A DNA stretch of 32,000 bases from contig OZ252279.1 of NCBI GenBank assembly GCA_965250005.1, positions 1,110,001 through 1,142,000 of the forward strand, given 5' to 3'. The stretch is from Demequinaceae bacterium. Its GTDB lineage: Bacteria > Actinomycetota > Actinomycetes > Actinomycetales > Demequinaceae. Of the stretch, positions 1 through 8,409 are shown in pieces (within the stretch, counting starts at the first letter, position 1; each line of letters opens with the position of its first letter). Position numbers and translations under genes: made by a program. The notes below the pieces were generated by a model. The model was given only the letters and a program-made list of their open reading frames with translations. It was not told the DNA's origin and did not search any database.

Positions 1-106
1 GCGCAATGCTCAGCAAGCCTGCGCCCATCACCAGGCGCGGCCACTCCGAAGGCTCGCTCCTGCGCTCCAGGCGCCCAACCACTCGCGTTCGCTGCTGTTC
101 GGTCAC
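1..106 (-). CDS. possible 5' end of a CDS running off the left edge; function unknown, possibly the sensor-kinase partner often found beside PspC-domain genes
   Basis: The minus-strand frame is open from 157 to 1, with candidate starts GTG 154, TTG 124, GTG 106 and ATG 28. Third-codon-position G+C is about 80% (28 of 35 codons from 106 down). The fragment is too short for a family call. Confidence 0.25.
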   Translation of the reverse strand, partial: MTEQQRTRVVGRLERRSEPSEWPRLVMGAGLLSIA

Positions 107-262
107 AACCCAATCGTCACACAAAGGGGATCGCCATTCATCCCTCCGGACCACATCTCAGAGCCATTCTCGGACAGTTCAGGGTCAATCTCAGGGGTTT
201 ACCTAATAGTCAGGCGCGGGTATAGACGGAATTCTGGAAGCATCAGTCAACTAGGAGGAATC

Positions 263-1606
263 GTGAGCACATCATCCGAGGAGCCCCGCCAGGAGGCGGC
301 GTTCTTCAGCACCATTCGCAATTGGGGCGTGACGCGAGGACCCAATGGGGTCATCGGCGGCGTCATCGAGGGCGTCGGCGACAGAATCGGCATGGACAAA
401 CTTCCCGCACGCATCATCGCGGTGGCCGGCGCCATCATCCTGAGCGGCCTCGTCCTGCCGGCCTACGCCGCCGCCTGGGGCTTACTGCCAGACCGCGACG
501 GAAACATCATCATCCAGAACTTCGGGCGAGGCCGCCCCAACGTGGGCGCACTCATCGGAATCGTCATCATCTTGCTCATCGCGCCAGGCATGTCTGACGG
601 CTGGGGCGGGCCGTGGGGCAACAACCACGGCTTCTGGGGCGGCGGCTTCATCAGCGCGCTGTTACTCGCGGGCATCGCTGGCCTGATCGTCTGGCTCGTG
701 CTGCGCGGTCGCGACAAGCCCAACACAGACGGGTCCGGCCCGGTTTACGCCGTTCCGCCCGCAGCGTCCGGCGCCAAGGCCACATCTGGCGCGACCGCTG
801 GCAAGGCCTCCTCGACCTCGGGGAAAGCCACCAAGGGCGCGCCAAAGGGCTCCGCAGCGGCGTCCCAGCCGGCCTCCGCTCGCGCGGCGGGAACAGCGCC
901 GCCTACTCCGCCGGCTCCCCCCACCACCTTCCATCGGCGCCGGACGCCGGGCCCCGGCCGAGCCCTCTACTTGTTCACTCTTGCCGCAGCCGTCTTTGCT
1001 GGCGCTGTGATCTGGTGGCTCGACCGCGAGGGTCAACTCGAGGTGGTTGCGCAGGCGGCGTGGCTCGCTGTCCTGGTCCCGATCGTGGGTGTCGCCATCA
1101 TGATTTCCGGCGCCGCCGGTCGTCGGGTCGGGTTTCTCGGGTTCCTCGCGACCGTTCTGGTCATTGGTTGGGCCATTGGCCTCCTCGTGGTCCCGCAAGC
1201 GCGCGACTGGGTGGACAACCACGTAGACATCAGGGTCAACGGAGAATCAGTCTCGATTGACGACTTCAACGATAACGACCTTTGGAACCAGTTGTTCGTG
1301 TGCCATGAGTTCAGCGAGTCCGGTGCGTCCGCAATTGCGGACGGTGCCGCGCAGGTAGTCGCCACAGACTCGACGACCAGGATCGAGGTGACTGCGGCAA
1401 ATACCATCATCTCGGTTCCGCGGGACACCCACCTCACCGTCACGTCGGAATCGGCCTCGATCGATGGGGTCATCTACTGGGAGGAGTTCAACCTCCGCTG
1501 CGACCTAGAGGGCACCGGAGAGGTCATCACTTTGGGGGGCGATGGCCGCAGCATTGAGCTCGTCGTCTCCAACTCAGACGCACGCATCGTCATTGAGGAG
1601 AACTGA
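263..1606 (+). CDS. PspC domain-containing polytopic membrane protein (envelope stress-type)
   Basis: GTG 263 is preceded by AGGAGG (253-258). The N-terminus FFSTIRNWGVTRGPNGVIGGVIEGVGDRIGMDKLPARIIAVAG followed by a TM helix fits the PspC domain pattern. It continues with further TM helices, an Ala/Ser/Gly/Lys/Pro-rich linker (about aa 165-225) and a beta-rich C-terminal domain. Confidence 0.85.
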   Translation: MSTSSEEPRQEAAFFSTIRNWGVTRGPNGVIGGVIEGVGDRIGMDKLPARIIAVAGAIILSGLVLPAYAAAWGLLPDRDGNIIIQNFGRGRPNVGALIGIVIILLIAPGMSDGWGGPWGNNHGFWGGGFISALLLAGIAGLIVWLVLRGRDKPNTDGSGPVYAVPPAASGAKATSGATAGKASSTSGKATKGAPKGSAAASQPASARAAGTAPPTPPAPPTTFHRRRTPGPGRALYLFTLAAAVFAGAVIWWLDREGQLEVVAQAAWLAVLVPIVGVAIMISGAAGRRVGFLGFLATVLVIGWAIGLLVVPQARDWVDNHVDIRVNGESVSIDDFNDNDLWNQLFVCHEFSESGASAIADGAAQVVATDSTTRIEVTAANTIISVPRDTHLTVTSESASIDGVIYWEEFNLRCDLEGTGEVITLGGDGRSIELVVSNSDARIVIEEN

Positions 1607-1607
1607 C

Positions 1608-1841
1608 ATGAGCATCGTCGACATTGAAACCAAGTACCGCAACGTGGCTCAGCGAGTCACCACCATGCTGTGGGGGCTGCTGATCGTTGGCTTCGGCGGA
1701 GTCGTGATCGCAGACCTATCGGGATACAACTTCGACGTGGAGCTAGCGGGCATCATTGCACTAGCTCTGCTGGGCGGCTGGATTCTTGCCTCGGCGCTAG
1801 TCGCGATGATCCCAGGCAAGAGTTTGAGCAAGACCAAGTAG
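1608..1841 (+). CDS. small membrane protein (77 aa, two predicted TM helices), coupled to the PspC-domain gene
   Basis: ATG 1608 lies one nt after the upstream stop (TGA 1604-1606), with GAGGAG at 1595-1600. There are two hydrophobic helices (LWGLLIVGFGGVVIA, GIIALALLGGWILASALVAMI). The ORF-track start at 1542 lies inside the upstream gene and was rejected. Confidence 0.6.
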   Translation: MSIVDIETKYRNVAQRVTTMLWGLLIVGFGGVVIADLSGYNFDVELAGIIALALLGGWILASALVAMIPGKSLSKTK

Positions 1842-1866
1842 AGAGAGACGCGCACTCGCGAGGTGG

Positions 1867-2985
1867 CTAGCCTGCCGCCGCGCGGGTGCGCACTTTGTTG
1901 CGCCCCGCCTCTTTCGCTTCGTAAAGCGCTGCGTCGGCGCGGCGGATCGCATCCGTGCCCTCGGTAGATCCGGCCCCGACGCCAATCGACACGGTCACGT
2001 GATGCATATGGTCTGGGCAGTACACCGCTACGTGGTCGACAGAATGGCGGACGCGCTCCATGAGTTCCGCTGCGTCGTCAATGTTCGTGTTGGGAAGCAG
2101 GATGAGGAACTCTTCGCCGCCCCACCGCGCGATCAGATCCGAGTGCCGCACGTTTCTGCTGAGTTCGTGACCGATCGTCGTGAGAACTCGATCGCCGCAC
2201 ATGTGTCCGTATTCGTCGTTGAGGACCTTGAAGTGGTCGAAGTCCACTATCGCGAGCGAAAACTGCTCGATCCCTGGCTGCGATAGCTCCCCGAGCCTCT
2301 CGATGGCCGGGCGCCGGTTGGCGAGACCCGTGAGTGCATCCGTCCGTGCTAGTTCGCGCGCGTGGTTGGCCGCCAGATCCGCGAGTTGGTAGGCACGCGC
2401 CTCGCGCTGGTGCACAACCGCAGACATCACATACAGGAGGGCGACCACACTGATCGCGTTCAACGTAAATAGGGTTTGGTCAATCGACCCGGGCAGCGGA
2501 TACCATGCTGTGGCTGGCACCATGAAAACCTGCACCCCCGCGAAAATCGCGACGGTTGCTGAGACGAGCACAACGCGCACGACCCTGCGCTCCTTTTGCA
2601 AGATCACGAACGTTGAGGAGGCTCCAACTAACAGCAGCAAGTGCACGCCTGCGATCCACGAGAACGCCGACGAGTACACGACCACGATCACCATGGGCGC
2701 CACCTGGGACACCAGACCAGCTGCGTGCCCGCGTCCCGCACGGTTCAAGGCGACTCCACCCGCGAACGCGAGCATGCCCGCCCCGGCGGTAGCCGCTAGC
2801 CAACGCATACCGTACGCGTCGTACCAAAGAAAAAAGACAAGATAGGTCGCCATGGCGAGGGCGCCCTGCGCCAAGTAGCCGTCGAGCACATTCAACGTTG
2901 AGCGTTCATACCACCTTCGAATACGAGCAACTACTCCGAGCTCCACGGTGCCCGGGCGCACGCGATGCTCCCCAGAGTGGTCCAC
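1867..2985 (-). CDS. membrane-anchored diguanylate cyclase (about 6 TM N-terminal domain + GGDEF)
   Basis: GTG 2985 has GGGGAGGTG a few nt upstream. About six hydrophobic helices are followed by GGDEF-domain motifs TDALTGLANRR, VDFDHFKVLNDEYGH and RWGGEEF. An RxxD I-site (RHSD) sits five residues before GGEEF. Confidence 0.9.
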   Translation of the reverse strand: MDHSGEHRVRPGTVELGVVARIRRWYERSTLNVLDGYLAQGALAMATYLVFFLWYDAYGMRWLAATAGAGMLAFAGGVALNRAGRGHAAGLVSQVAPMVIVVVYSSAFSWIAGVHLLLLVGASSTFVILQKERRVVRVVLVSATVAIFAGVQVFMVPATAWYPLPGSIDQTLFTLNAISVVALLYVMSAVVHQREARAYQLADLAANHARELARTDALTGLANRRPAIERLGELSQPGIEQFSLAIVDFDHFKVLNDEYGHMCGDRVLTTIGHELSRNVRHSDLIARWGGEEFLILLPNTNIDDAAELMERVRHSVDHVAVYCPDHMHHVTVSIGVGAGSTEGTDAIRRADAALYEAKEAGRNKVRTRAAAG

Positions 2986-3154
2986 GGGTCACCTCCCCGT
3001 CCGCCTTGCCAGGACACTTGCGCACTATGCCGTGCACAAAAATGTGGGTCGATGACCCTGCACCGCGCCCCGATCAGTCACTTCAGCGTAAGTCGGAATG
3101 AGGATATTCGCAGGACGATGGCGCCGATAAGGGCGCTATGGGCGAATTGTGCCG

Positions 3155-4714
3155 CTATTCCCACTCGATCGTGCCAGGCGGCTTGCTCGTCACATCGAGC
3201 GCGACTCGGTTGATCTCCGGTACTTCATTGGTGATTCGGTTGGAGATCCGTGCGAGCACGTCGTACGGCACGCGAGACCAATCGGCGGTCATCGCATCTT
3301 CACTCGAGACGGGTCGCAGCACCACTGGGTGGCCGTACGTCCTGCCGTCTCCTTGAACGCCAACCGAGCGGACGTCGGCTAGCAGGACCACCGGGCACTG
3401 CCAGATTTCGCGGTCGAGACCCGCGACCGTGAGCTCTTCACGCGCAATCGCGTCTGCCGCGCGCAGCACATCTAGGCGCTCTCGGTCCACGGCCCCGATG
3501 ATGCGAATACCTAGCCCCGGTCCCGGGAACGGCTGGCGCCAGACGATCGCCTCGGGCAGCCCCAGCTCAAGGCCAACTGCGCGCACCTCGTCCTTGAACA
3601 GCGCGCGCAGCGGTTCAACCAGCTCGAACTGGAGATCGTCCGGCAGCCCGCCCACGTTGTGGTGGCTCTTGATGTTCGCGGCACCGTCGCCGCCTCCGGA
3701 CTCGACAACGTCGGGGTACAGCGTGCCCTGCACCAGAAACTTGACTTCGCCGGACTCCCCCGCTTCGTCCACGAGCGCGCGCGCCTCCGCTTCGAACACG
3801 CGGATGAACTCCCGGCCGATGATCTTGCGCTTATCCTCGGGGTCCGTCACCCCCGCAAGGGCGGCAAGAAACCGCGCCTTGGCGTCCGAGACCACTAGGC
3901 GCACGCCGGTGGCCGCAACGAAGTCTTGCTCGACCTGCTCGGCCTCGCCCGCGCGCAGCAGGCCGTGGTCCACGAACACGCACGTAAGTTGTTCCCCGAC
4001 AGCGCGCTGCACGAGCGCAGCGGCAACGGACGAGTCGACGCCGCCGCTTAGTCCACAAATCACGCGCGCGTCGCCCACCTGGGCGCGGATGGCTTCCACC
4101 TGCTCGTCTATTACGCTCGCACTGGTCCACGCTGGTTTGAGCCCAGCGATGTTGTACAGGAAGTTCTCGAGCGCCGACTGGCCGTGCTCCGTGTGCTTGA
4201 CCTCGGGATGCCACTGCATGCCACACATTCGGCGTTCCAAACTTTCGAATGCCGCGACCGGGGCGCCCGCCGTCTGCGCAAGAACGTCGAAGCCTGCCGG
4301 AGCGTCGTGCACCGAGTCGCCGTGGCTCATCCAGACCGACTGGCGGTCGGGGCTGTTCTCCAGGAGGGTTCCGGCCCGATTGACCGCGGCGTCAGTGCGC
4401 CCAAACTCGCGTATGCCCGTCTTGGCTACGGTGCCGCCCAGCACCTGAGCCATGAGCTGAAAGCCGTAGCAGATCCCCATGACCGGAACCCCTGCTTCAA
4501 AGAGCGCCACGTCAATGGAGGGCGCGCCAGCGTCGTACACCGACGACGGCCCGCCGGAAAGAATGATCGCTGCGGGATTCTTGGCGAGCATGTCGGCCGC
4601 GCTCATGGAGTGCGGGACTACTTCGGAATAGACATGCGCTTCGCGGACGCGGCGTGCGATGAGTTGAGCGTACTGGGCGCCGCAGTCGACTACGAGGACC
4701 GGGCTGTGGTTCAC
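3155..4714 (-). CDS. guaA: GMP synthase (glutamine-hydrolysing)
   Basis: GATase motifs [14 protein letters not shown] and WHPEV are present, as are the ATP-pyrophosphatase P-loop SGGVDSS and the conserved C-terminus KPPGTIEWE. The GTG start overlaps the upstream stop (GTGA at 4714-4711). Confidence 0.97.
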   Translation of the reverse strand: MNHSPVLVVDCGAQYAQLIARRVREAHVYSEVVPHSMSAADMLAKNPAAIILSGGPSSVYDAGAPSIDVALFEAGVPVMGICYGFQLMAQVLGGTVAKTGIREFGRTDAAVNRAGTLLENSPDRQSVWMSHGDSVHDAPAGFDVLAQTAGAPVAAFESLERRMCGMQWHPEVKHTEHGQSALENFLYNIAGLKPAWTSASVIDEQVEAIRAQVGDARVICGLSGGVDSSVAAALVQRAVGEQLTCVFVDHGLLRAGEAEQVEQDFVAATGVRLVVSDAKARFLAALAGVTDPEDKRKIIGREFIRVFEAEARALVDEAGESGEVKFLVQGTLYPDVVESGGGDGAANIKSHHNVGGLPDDLQFELVEPLRALFKDEVRAVGLELGLPEAIVWRQPFPGPGLGIRIIGAVDRERLDVLRAADAIAREELTVAGLDREIWQCPVVLLADVRSVGVQGDGRTYGHPVVLRPVSSEDAMTADWSRVPYDVLARISNRITNEVPEINRVALDVTSKPPGTIEWE

Positions 4715-5061
4715 GGGTTAAGAGTACCGGCGATGTCTCTGGTCACGCGCCGCTCCGCCCAAAACGTGAGAAGCGGGATAACGCCCCCGAGAACCAATAT
4801 CGCAAGGCGTCCCCAGCCCCATTTCACGCGGGTCCACAGATCGATGGACATCCAAAGATAGACGATGTAAATGAACCCGTGGATAAACTGCACGTTGTCG
4901 ACAAGCGCCAGCAGGGACTCGGACTCGGGCTCAATCACGTACTCGATGTACACGCCCACGAACACGAGGATCAGGAAGACTCCGGTAACGATCGCCATCA
5001 CCTGATACCGCTTGAGTGCCGTCCGGATTCCTCGTTGAGCCGCGCTGTTTTTCTCAGCCAT
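4711..5061 (-). CDS. DUF3817-like small integral membrane protein
   Basis: ATG 5061 gives MAEKNS... Features are [33 protein letters not shown] and [16 protein letters not shown], typical of the membrane protein usually found next to actinobacterial guaA. The ORF-track extension to 5160 was rejected. Confidence 0.7.
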   Translation of the reverse strand: MAEKNSAAQRGIRTALKRYQVMAIVTGVFLILVFVGVYIEYVIEPESESLLALVDNVQFIHGFIYIVYLWMSIDLWTRVKWGWGRLAILVLGGVIPLLTFWAERRVTRDIAGTLNP

Positions 5062-5821
5062 GACCCGCCTCCTCAGCTTGTTCACTCTGTGCCCGACTAT
5101 TGTCGCGCATCCAGCGCGCAGATACGACCAGCGCGAACGCACCGAAGAGCCACCACTCAATTGCGTAGACGGCGGACTGCCAATTCAGTCGCGACTCGGG
5201 TTCCCGCGGGGGCATTGGCATCCACCGGGTCGAGCCATCATGGGCGACCAGGACCGCGGAATACATTGGAGGTTCCCAACGCTGAGCGAGTTCGGCTGTG
5301 GACACCGCCGTGGTGAGGAAAGCGCCGTCAGGGCGCGGCTCCTGGACAGCCACGCTACTTGCCATAGGCGCCTCGGACACCCTCAAGTAGCCCTCTATCG
5401 TGACCTGGAGGCTTGCACCGCTGGGGCCAGCATGATCGGCCGCGGTTGGCTGCCACCCCACGAGGACCGCAAGCGTGGCGGGCTCGCCAGTGCCGGTCGA
5501 GTTCGAATCAACCATGAACTCGCGGACGAACAGCACTGCATCCTGCCCCTCAACATTTCGCTCAGTGACCACCGCAAGCCCGTCGCCAAAGCGGCCAGTG
5601 ACGGAAACGTTGCGGCCGAGCGCACCGGAGGTGGACGATGCGGGAGCAAGGACCTCCGCAATAGGCATAGGCGCCGCCTCAAATACCACCTCGGCCTTCG
5701 CGTAGGCGCGACTCCACTGCCACAGCCCGAGCCATGCACCTAGCGACACGGCGGCAAGAGTCACGGCCCCCACAGCCACAAGAGAGCCGCTCATGCGCGG
5801 GGCGCTGGACATCACGCGCAC
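5054..5821 (-). CDS. SURF1-family protein (cytochrome oxidase assembly-like)
   Basis: An N-terminal TM helix is followed by LGLWQWSRAY, and a C-terminal TM helix carries NWQSAVYAIEWWLFGAFALV. The start is uncertain: GTG 5821, ATG 5812 or ATG 5794. The stop overlaps the DUF3817 start. Confidence 0.7.
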   Translation of the reverse strand: MRVMSSAPRMSGSLVAVGAVTLAAVSLGAWLGLWQWSRAYAKAEVVFEAAPMPIAEVLAPASSTSGALGRNVSVTGRFGDGLAVVTERNVEGQDAVLFVREFMVDSNSTGTGEPATLAVLVGWQPTAADHAGPSGASLQVTIEGYLRVSEAPMASSVAVQEPRPDGAFLTTAVSTAELAQRWEPPMYSAVLVAHDGSTRWMPMPPREPESRLNWQSAVYAIEWWLFGAFALVVSARWMRDNSRAQSEQAEEAGHG

Positions 5822-7047
5822 TAGCTGTTCGCATCTCGTTGCTGCCGGCGGAAGCGCGGCAACTCGAGCGTCGGCAGCGAGTGCGGAGCGTCGGCTGAAG
5901 ACCGCACCTGAACATTGTTCCGGCCCGCGTCCTTTGCGTCGTACATGGCGTCGTCGGCACGGTTGATAACGCGGTGCGCCATAGAGTCGCCGTGCGCATC
6001 AGCCACTCCGAACGATGCGGTCACGCGGTGCGTGTGCCTCCCGCACTCGATGTCGAAGCCAGCAATGGCCTCCCGCATGCGGTCCATCATCGCGCGCGCG
6101 TCATCCAAATCTGTGGCTGGCAGCACAAAGATAAACTCCTCTCCTCCCCACCTGCCGATAGTGTCGGACTCGCGCAACTGCTCACCCAGCGAGTGGCCCA
6201 GCGCCGCGAGCACGTTGTCGCCGCACGTGTGCCCGAACGCGTCATTGAGCGCTTTGAAGTTATCGAGGTCAGCAATTGCGACGCTGTAACGTCCACCACC
6301 CGCCCTGCTGAGCCGCGCCAACTCTTCGACCACGGGCCTCCGATTGGCCAAGCCCGTCAGCAGGTCAGTGTTGGCGAGGAGCTCAGCGTGCGAAGCCGAG
6401 GCCCGAGCCTGGGCTTGCGCGACGCCGGAGCGCACGTGCGCCAGCGCGGCCAACATGACCATCATGAGGCCCAATGCGGCGGCGTTGACAGAGAACAGGA
6501 CCGACTCAACATCCGCCGGGAACTTGTACGGCGTGAGCGCGGGATCAAACACAAACTGGCACACGGCAAAGCCTGCGCTGGCAATCACGATGAACAGCCA
6601 CCGAGCCGCGACCTGCCGGTCCGTAAAGATCATGAACACCAGTTGCGCGGCGGCGATGAGAAACAGTTGGAGCCCCACGTGCCACCCGATGAAGCTGGTC
6701 ACGTAGACAATCTGGGCAGTAGCAACTGTCAGCGCGAGCACGCCAGCCTGAAGTTGCTTGCCCAGGCGCAAGATCACGATGCCACCAACATAGAGAACTG
6801 TCGCGATCCCGTTGGCGACAATGACGGCAGTGAGCCCCAGGAAGTCCGAGATCGCGTAGAACACGATGTAGGTCAGCGTGAGGCCAATCGCAAAGACGAG
6901 CAACGCCAGAACGGCACCCGCTGCGCGACCTTTGGGGCCGTCGAGTGGGCTGATGCGGCGCTCAAATAGCCGCGCCACGACGGCACGCAACCCGTCGGCA
7001 GGCGCATGCCCGTTGCTCGCCGATTGTTCGCTCAACGTGCCCCTCAC
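5821..7047 (-). CDS. membrane-anchored diguanylate cyclase (multi-TM N-terminal domain + GGDEF)
   Basis: GGDEF motifs TDLLTGLANRR, IADLDNFKALNDAFGH and RWGGEEF are present, with I-site RESD five residues before GGEEF. There are multiple N-terminal TM helices. The start is uncertain because GTG 7047 has no clear SD. Confidence 0.88.
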   Translation of the reverse strand: MRGTLSEQSASNGHAPADGLRAVVARLFERRISPLDGPKGRAAGAVLALLVFAIGLTLTYIVFYAISDFLGLTAVIVANGIATVLYVGGIVILRLGKQLQAGVLALTVATAQIVYVTSFIGWHVGLQLFLIAAAQLVFMIFTDRQVAARWLFIVIASAGFAVCQFVFDPALTPYKFPADVESVLFSVNAAALGLMMVMLAALAHVRSGVAQAQARASASHAELLANTDLLTGLANRRPVVEELARLSRAGGGRYSVAIADLDNFKALNDAFGHTCGDNVLAALGHSLGEQLRESDTIGRWGGEEFIFVLPATDLDDARAMMDRMREAIAGFDIECGRHTHRVTASFGVADAHGDSMAHRVINRADDAMYDAKDAGRNNVQVRSSADAPHSLPTLELPRFRRQQRDANS

Positions 7048-7145
7048 GTTCGGGATAGTCGCGGCCGTCGCCCGCTCGGCTTTGATGCCGAAGAGCCTGA
7101 CTTGCCGCGCGTCCTTCAGACTCTACGCGTGGGGCGAGGAGCGCG

Positions 7146-8279
7146 CTATTCGTGGCCTCCCGACGCGAGTTGGGCGCTTATGACCACATTGCGCCCGGAC
7201 GACTTCGCCTCGTACAAGTTGGCGTCGGCGAGCCTGAGGACCTCCTCTTTACCTGCGTACCGAGGTGCGTGCGCAAGCCCTATCGAAATGGTGACGCGCG
7301 CCAACGACTCGGGTGCACCGTATTCCGCCTCCATGTCCACTCGCGCACGCTCCATGATCTTGTGAGCATCCGCAAGCGACAATCCCGCTAGCACGACGAG
7401 GAACTCCTCGCCACCCCAGCGGGCGACAGTGCCATCGTCGCCCACGCTTCGGACCAACGTGCGGGCAGCATTCGCGAGAACGACATCACCGGCGCCGTGG
7501 CCAAGTCGGTCATTGATCAGTTTGAACCGATCGAGGTCGACGAGTGCGAGCGAGTAGTCGCCGCGTCGGGCGACGCTGCTCAGGATTGGGGCAACACCGC
7601 GCCGGTTATAGACCTCGGTGAGCGCGTCCGTTTGAGCGGCTAGCTGAGCGGATTCCAGCAGCACCTCGTTGCGCCCGCGCTCTCGCACGTAGTAGCGGTG
7701 GTTGAAGCGTGCGATCACATAGAAGAGCACGATCACCAGGACGGCGTTGAGCGCGAACGCGGAGGGGACGAAGAAGTCCGGCAGATCGACGTGAGCGCCG
7801 CCGTCGGCCCACAGAGCAGAAGCAACTAGAACACCCCCCGCGCTCATCGCGATGACGCTTGTGCGCACGATCCGCTCACCGGTACGGAGCACGGCGAAAG
7901 CAAGTGCGCCGCCGCCGAGAAGGTAGAGGTGAAACCCGGCGTCGCTTGTGAAGAAATAGGACAAGTAGGTGAACTGGGCGACGGGCGCGACGAGCGACAG
8001 CATCGACGCCACCAGATTTAGGCCGCGCGAGTTGAGGAAGAGCACCAGTGCCCACGAGCCGATCAGGAGTGCCTGACCCAAAGCAGGCCCCCACAGTAGC
8101 GGCGCTTCGAATATCAAGAACAGCACGAGGTAGGGAACGCTGAACAGCGCGGCGAGTATTGAAAACTGGTTGGCGGAAACGATAGGGCGGTTCTTGCTCC
8201 CGCCCAACGGATTCACGCCACGGTTGCTGAGACCGCCCCAGACGCGGGCGACGCGCTCACCTACACTCACGTTCGCCAT
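7146..8279 (-). CDS. membrane-anchored diguanylate cyclase (multi-TM N-terminal domain + GGDEF)
   Basis: ATG 8279 has a GGGGG-rich SD-like stretch upstream. Motifs are TDALTEVYNRRG, LVDLDRFKLINDRLGH and RWGGEEF. There is no RxxD at the canonical I-site position (GDDG instead). Confidence 0.88.
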   Translation of the reverse strand: MANVSVGERVARVWGGLSNRGVNPLGGSKNRPIVSANQFSILAALFSVPYLVLFLIFEAPLLWGPALGQALLIGSWALVLFLNSRGLNLVASMLSLVAPVAQFTYLSYFFTSDAGFHLYLLGGGALAFAVLRTGERIVRTSVIAMSAGGVLVASALWADGGAHVDLPDFFVPSAFALNAVLVIVLFYVIARFNHRYYVRERGRNEVLLESAQLAAQTDALTEVYNRRGVAPILSSVARRGDYSLALVDLDRFKLINDRLGHGAGDVVLANAARTLVRSVGDDGTVARWGGEEFLVVLAGLSLADAHKIMERARVDMEAEYGAPESLARVTISIGLAHAPRYAGKEEVLRLADANLYEAKSSGRNVVISAQLASGGHE

Positions 8280-8409
8280 GCGCCAACCCCCGTTCTAAGG
8301 ACAACAACGTGTGCTCTCCACCGTCGGCTCGTAGTCGGCCTTCGTCCATCCCCGTTTCGATTTTAGGCGACCGGGACCCATTCGCGCACCACGGCCTGCG
8401 AGAGGTGGA

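Noticed and set aside
3429-4448. 339-aa ORF on the + strand opposite guaA
   Set aside because: It lies entirely antisense to a full-length, motif-perfect guaA. Its product is Ser/Arg/Pro/Thr/Ala low complexity with no recognisable motif. This is a typical shadow ORF of a high-GC genome.
5499-5510. GAGTTCGAATCA, resembling a tRNA T-loop (GTTCGAATC)
   Set aside because: It lies inside the SURF1-like CDS. The flanks cannot form acceptor, D or anticodon arms. It is a chance match.
5974-6969. 331-aa + strand ORF opposite the second GGDEF gene (similar cases: 16422-17198 opposite guaB, 21889-22617 opposite tsaD, 25487-26551 opposite alr/acpS/glmS)
   Set aside because: All of these are antisense to well-supported CDS. 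They are Arg/His/Asp-rich, with no domain signatures or plausible RBS. They were treated as GC-driven artefacts.
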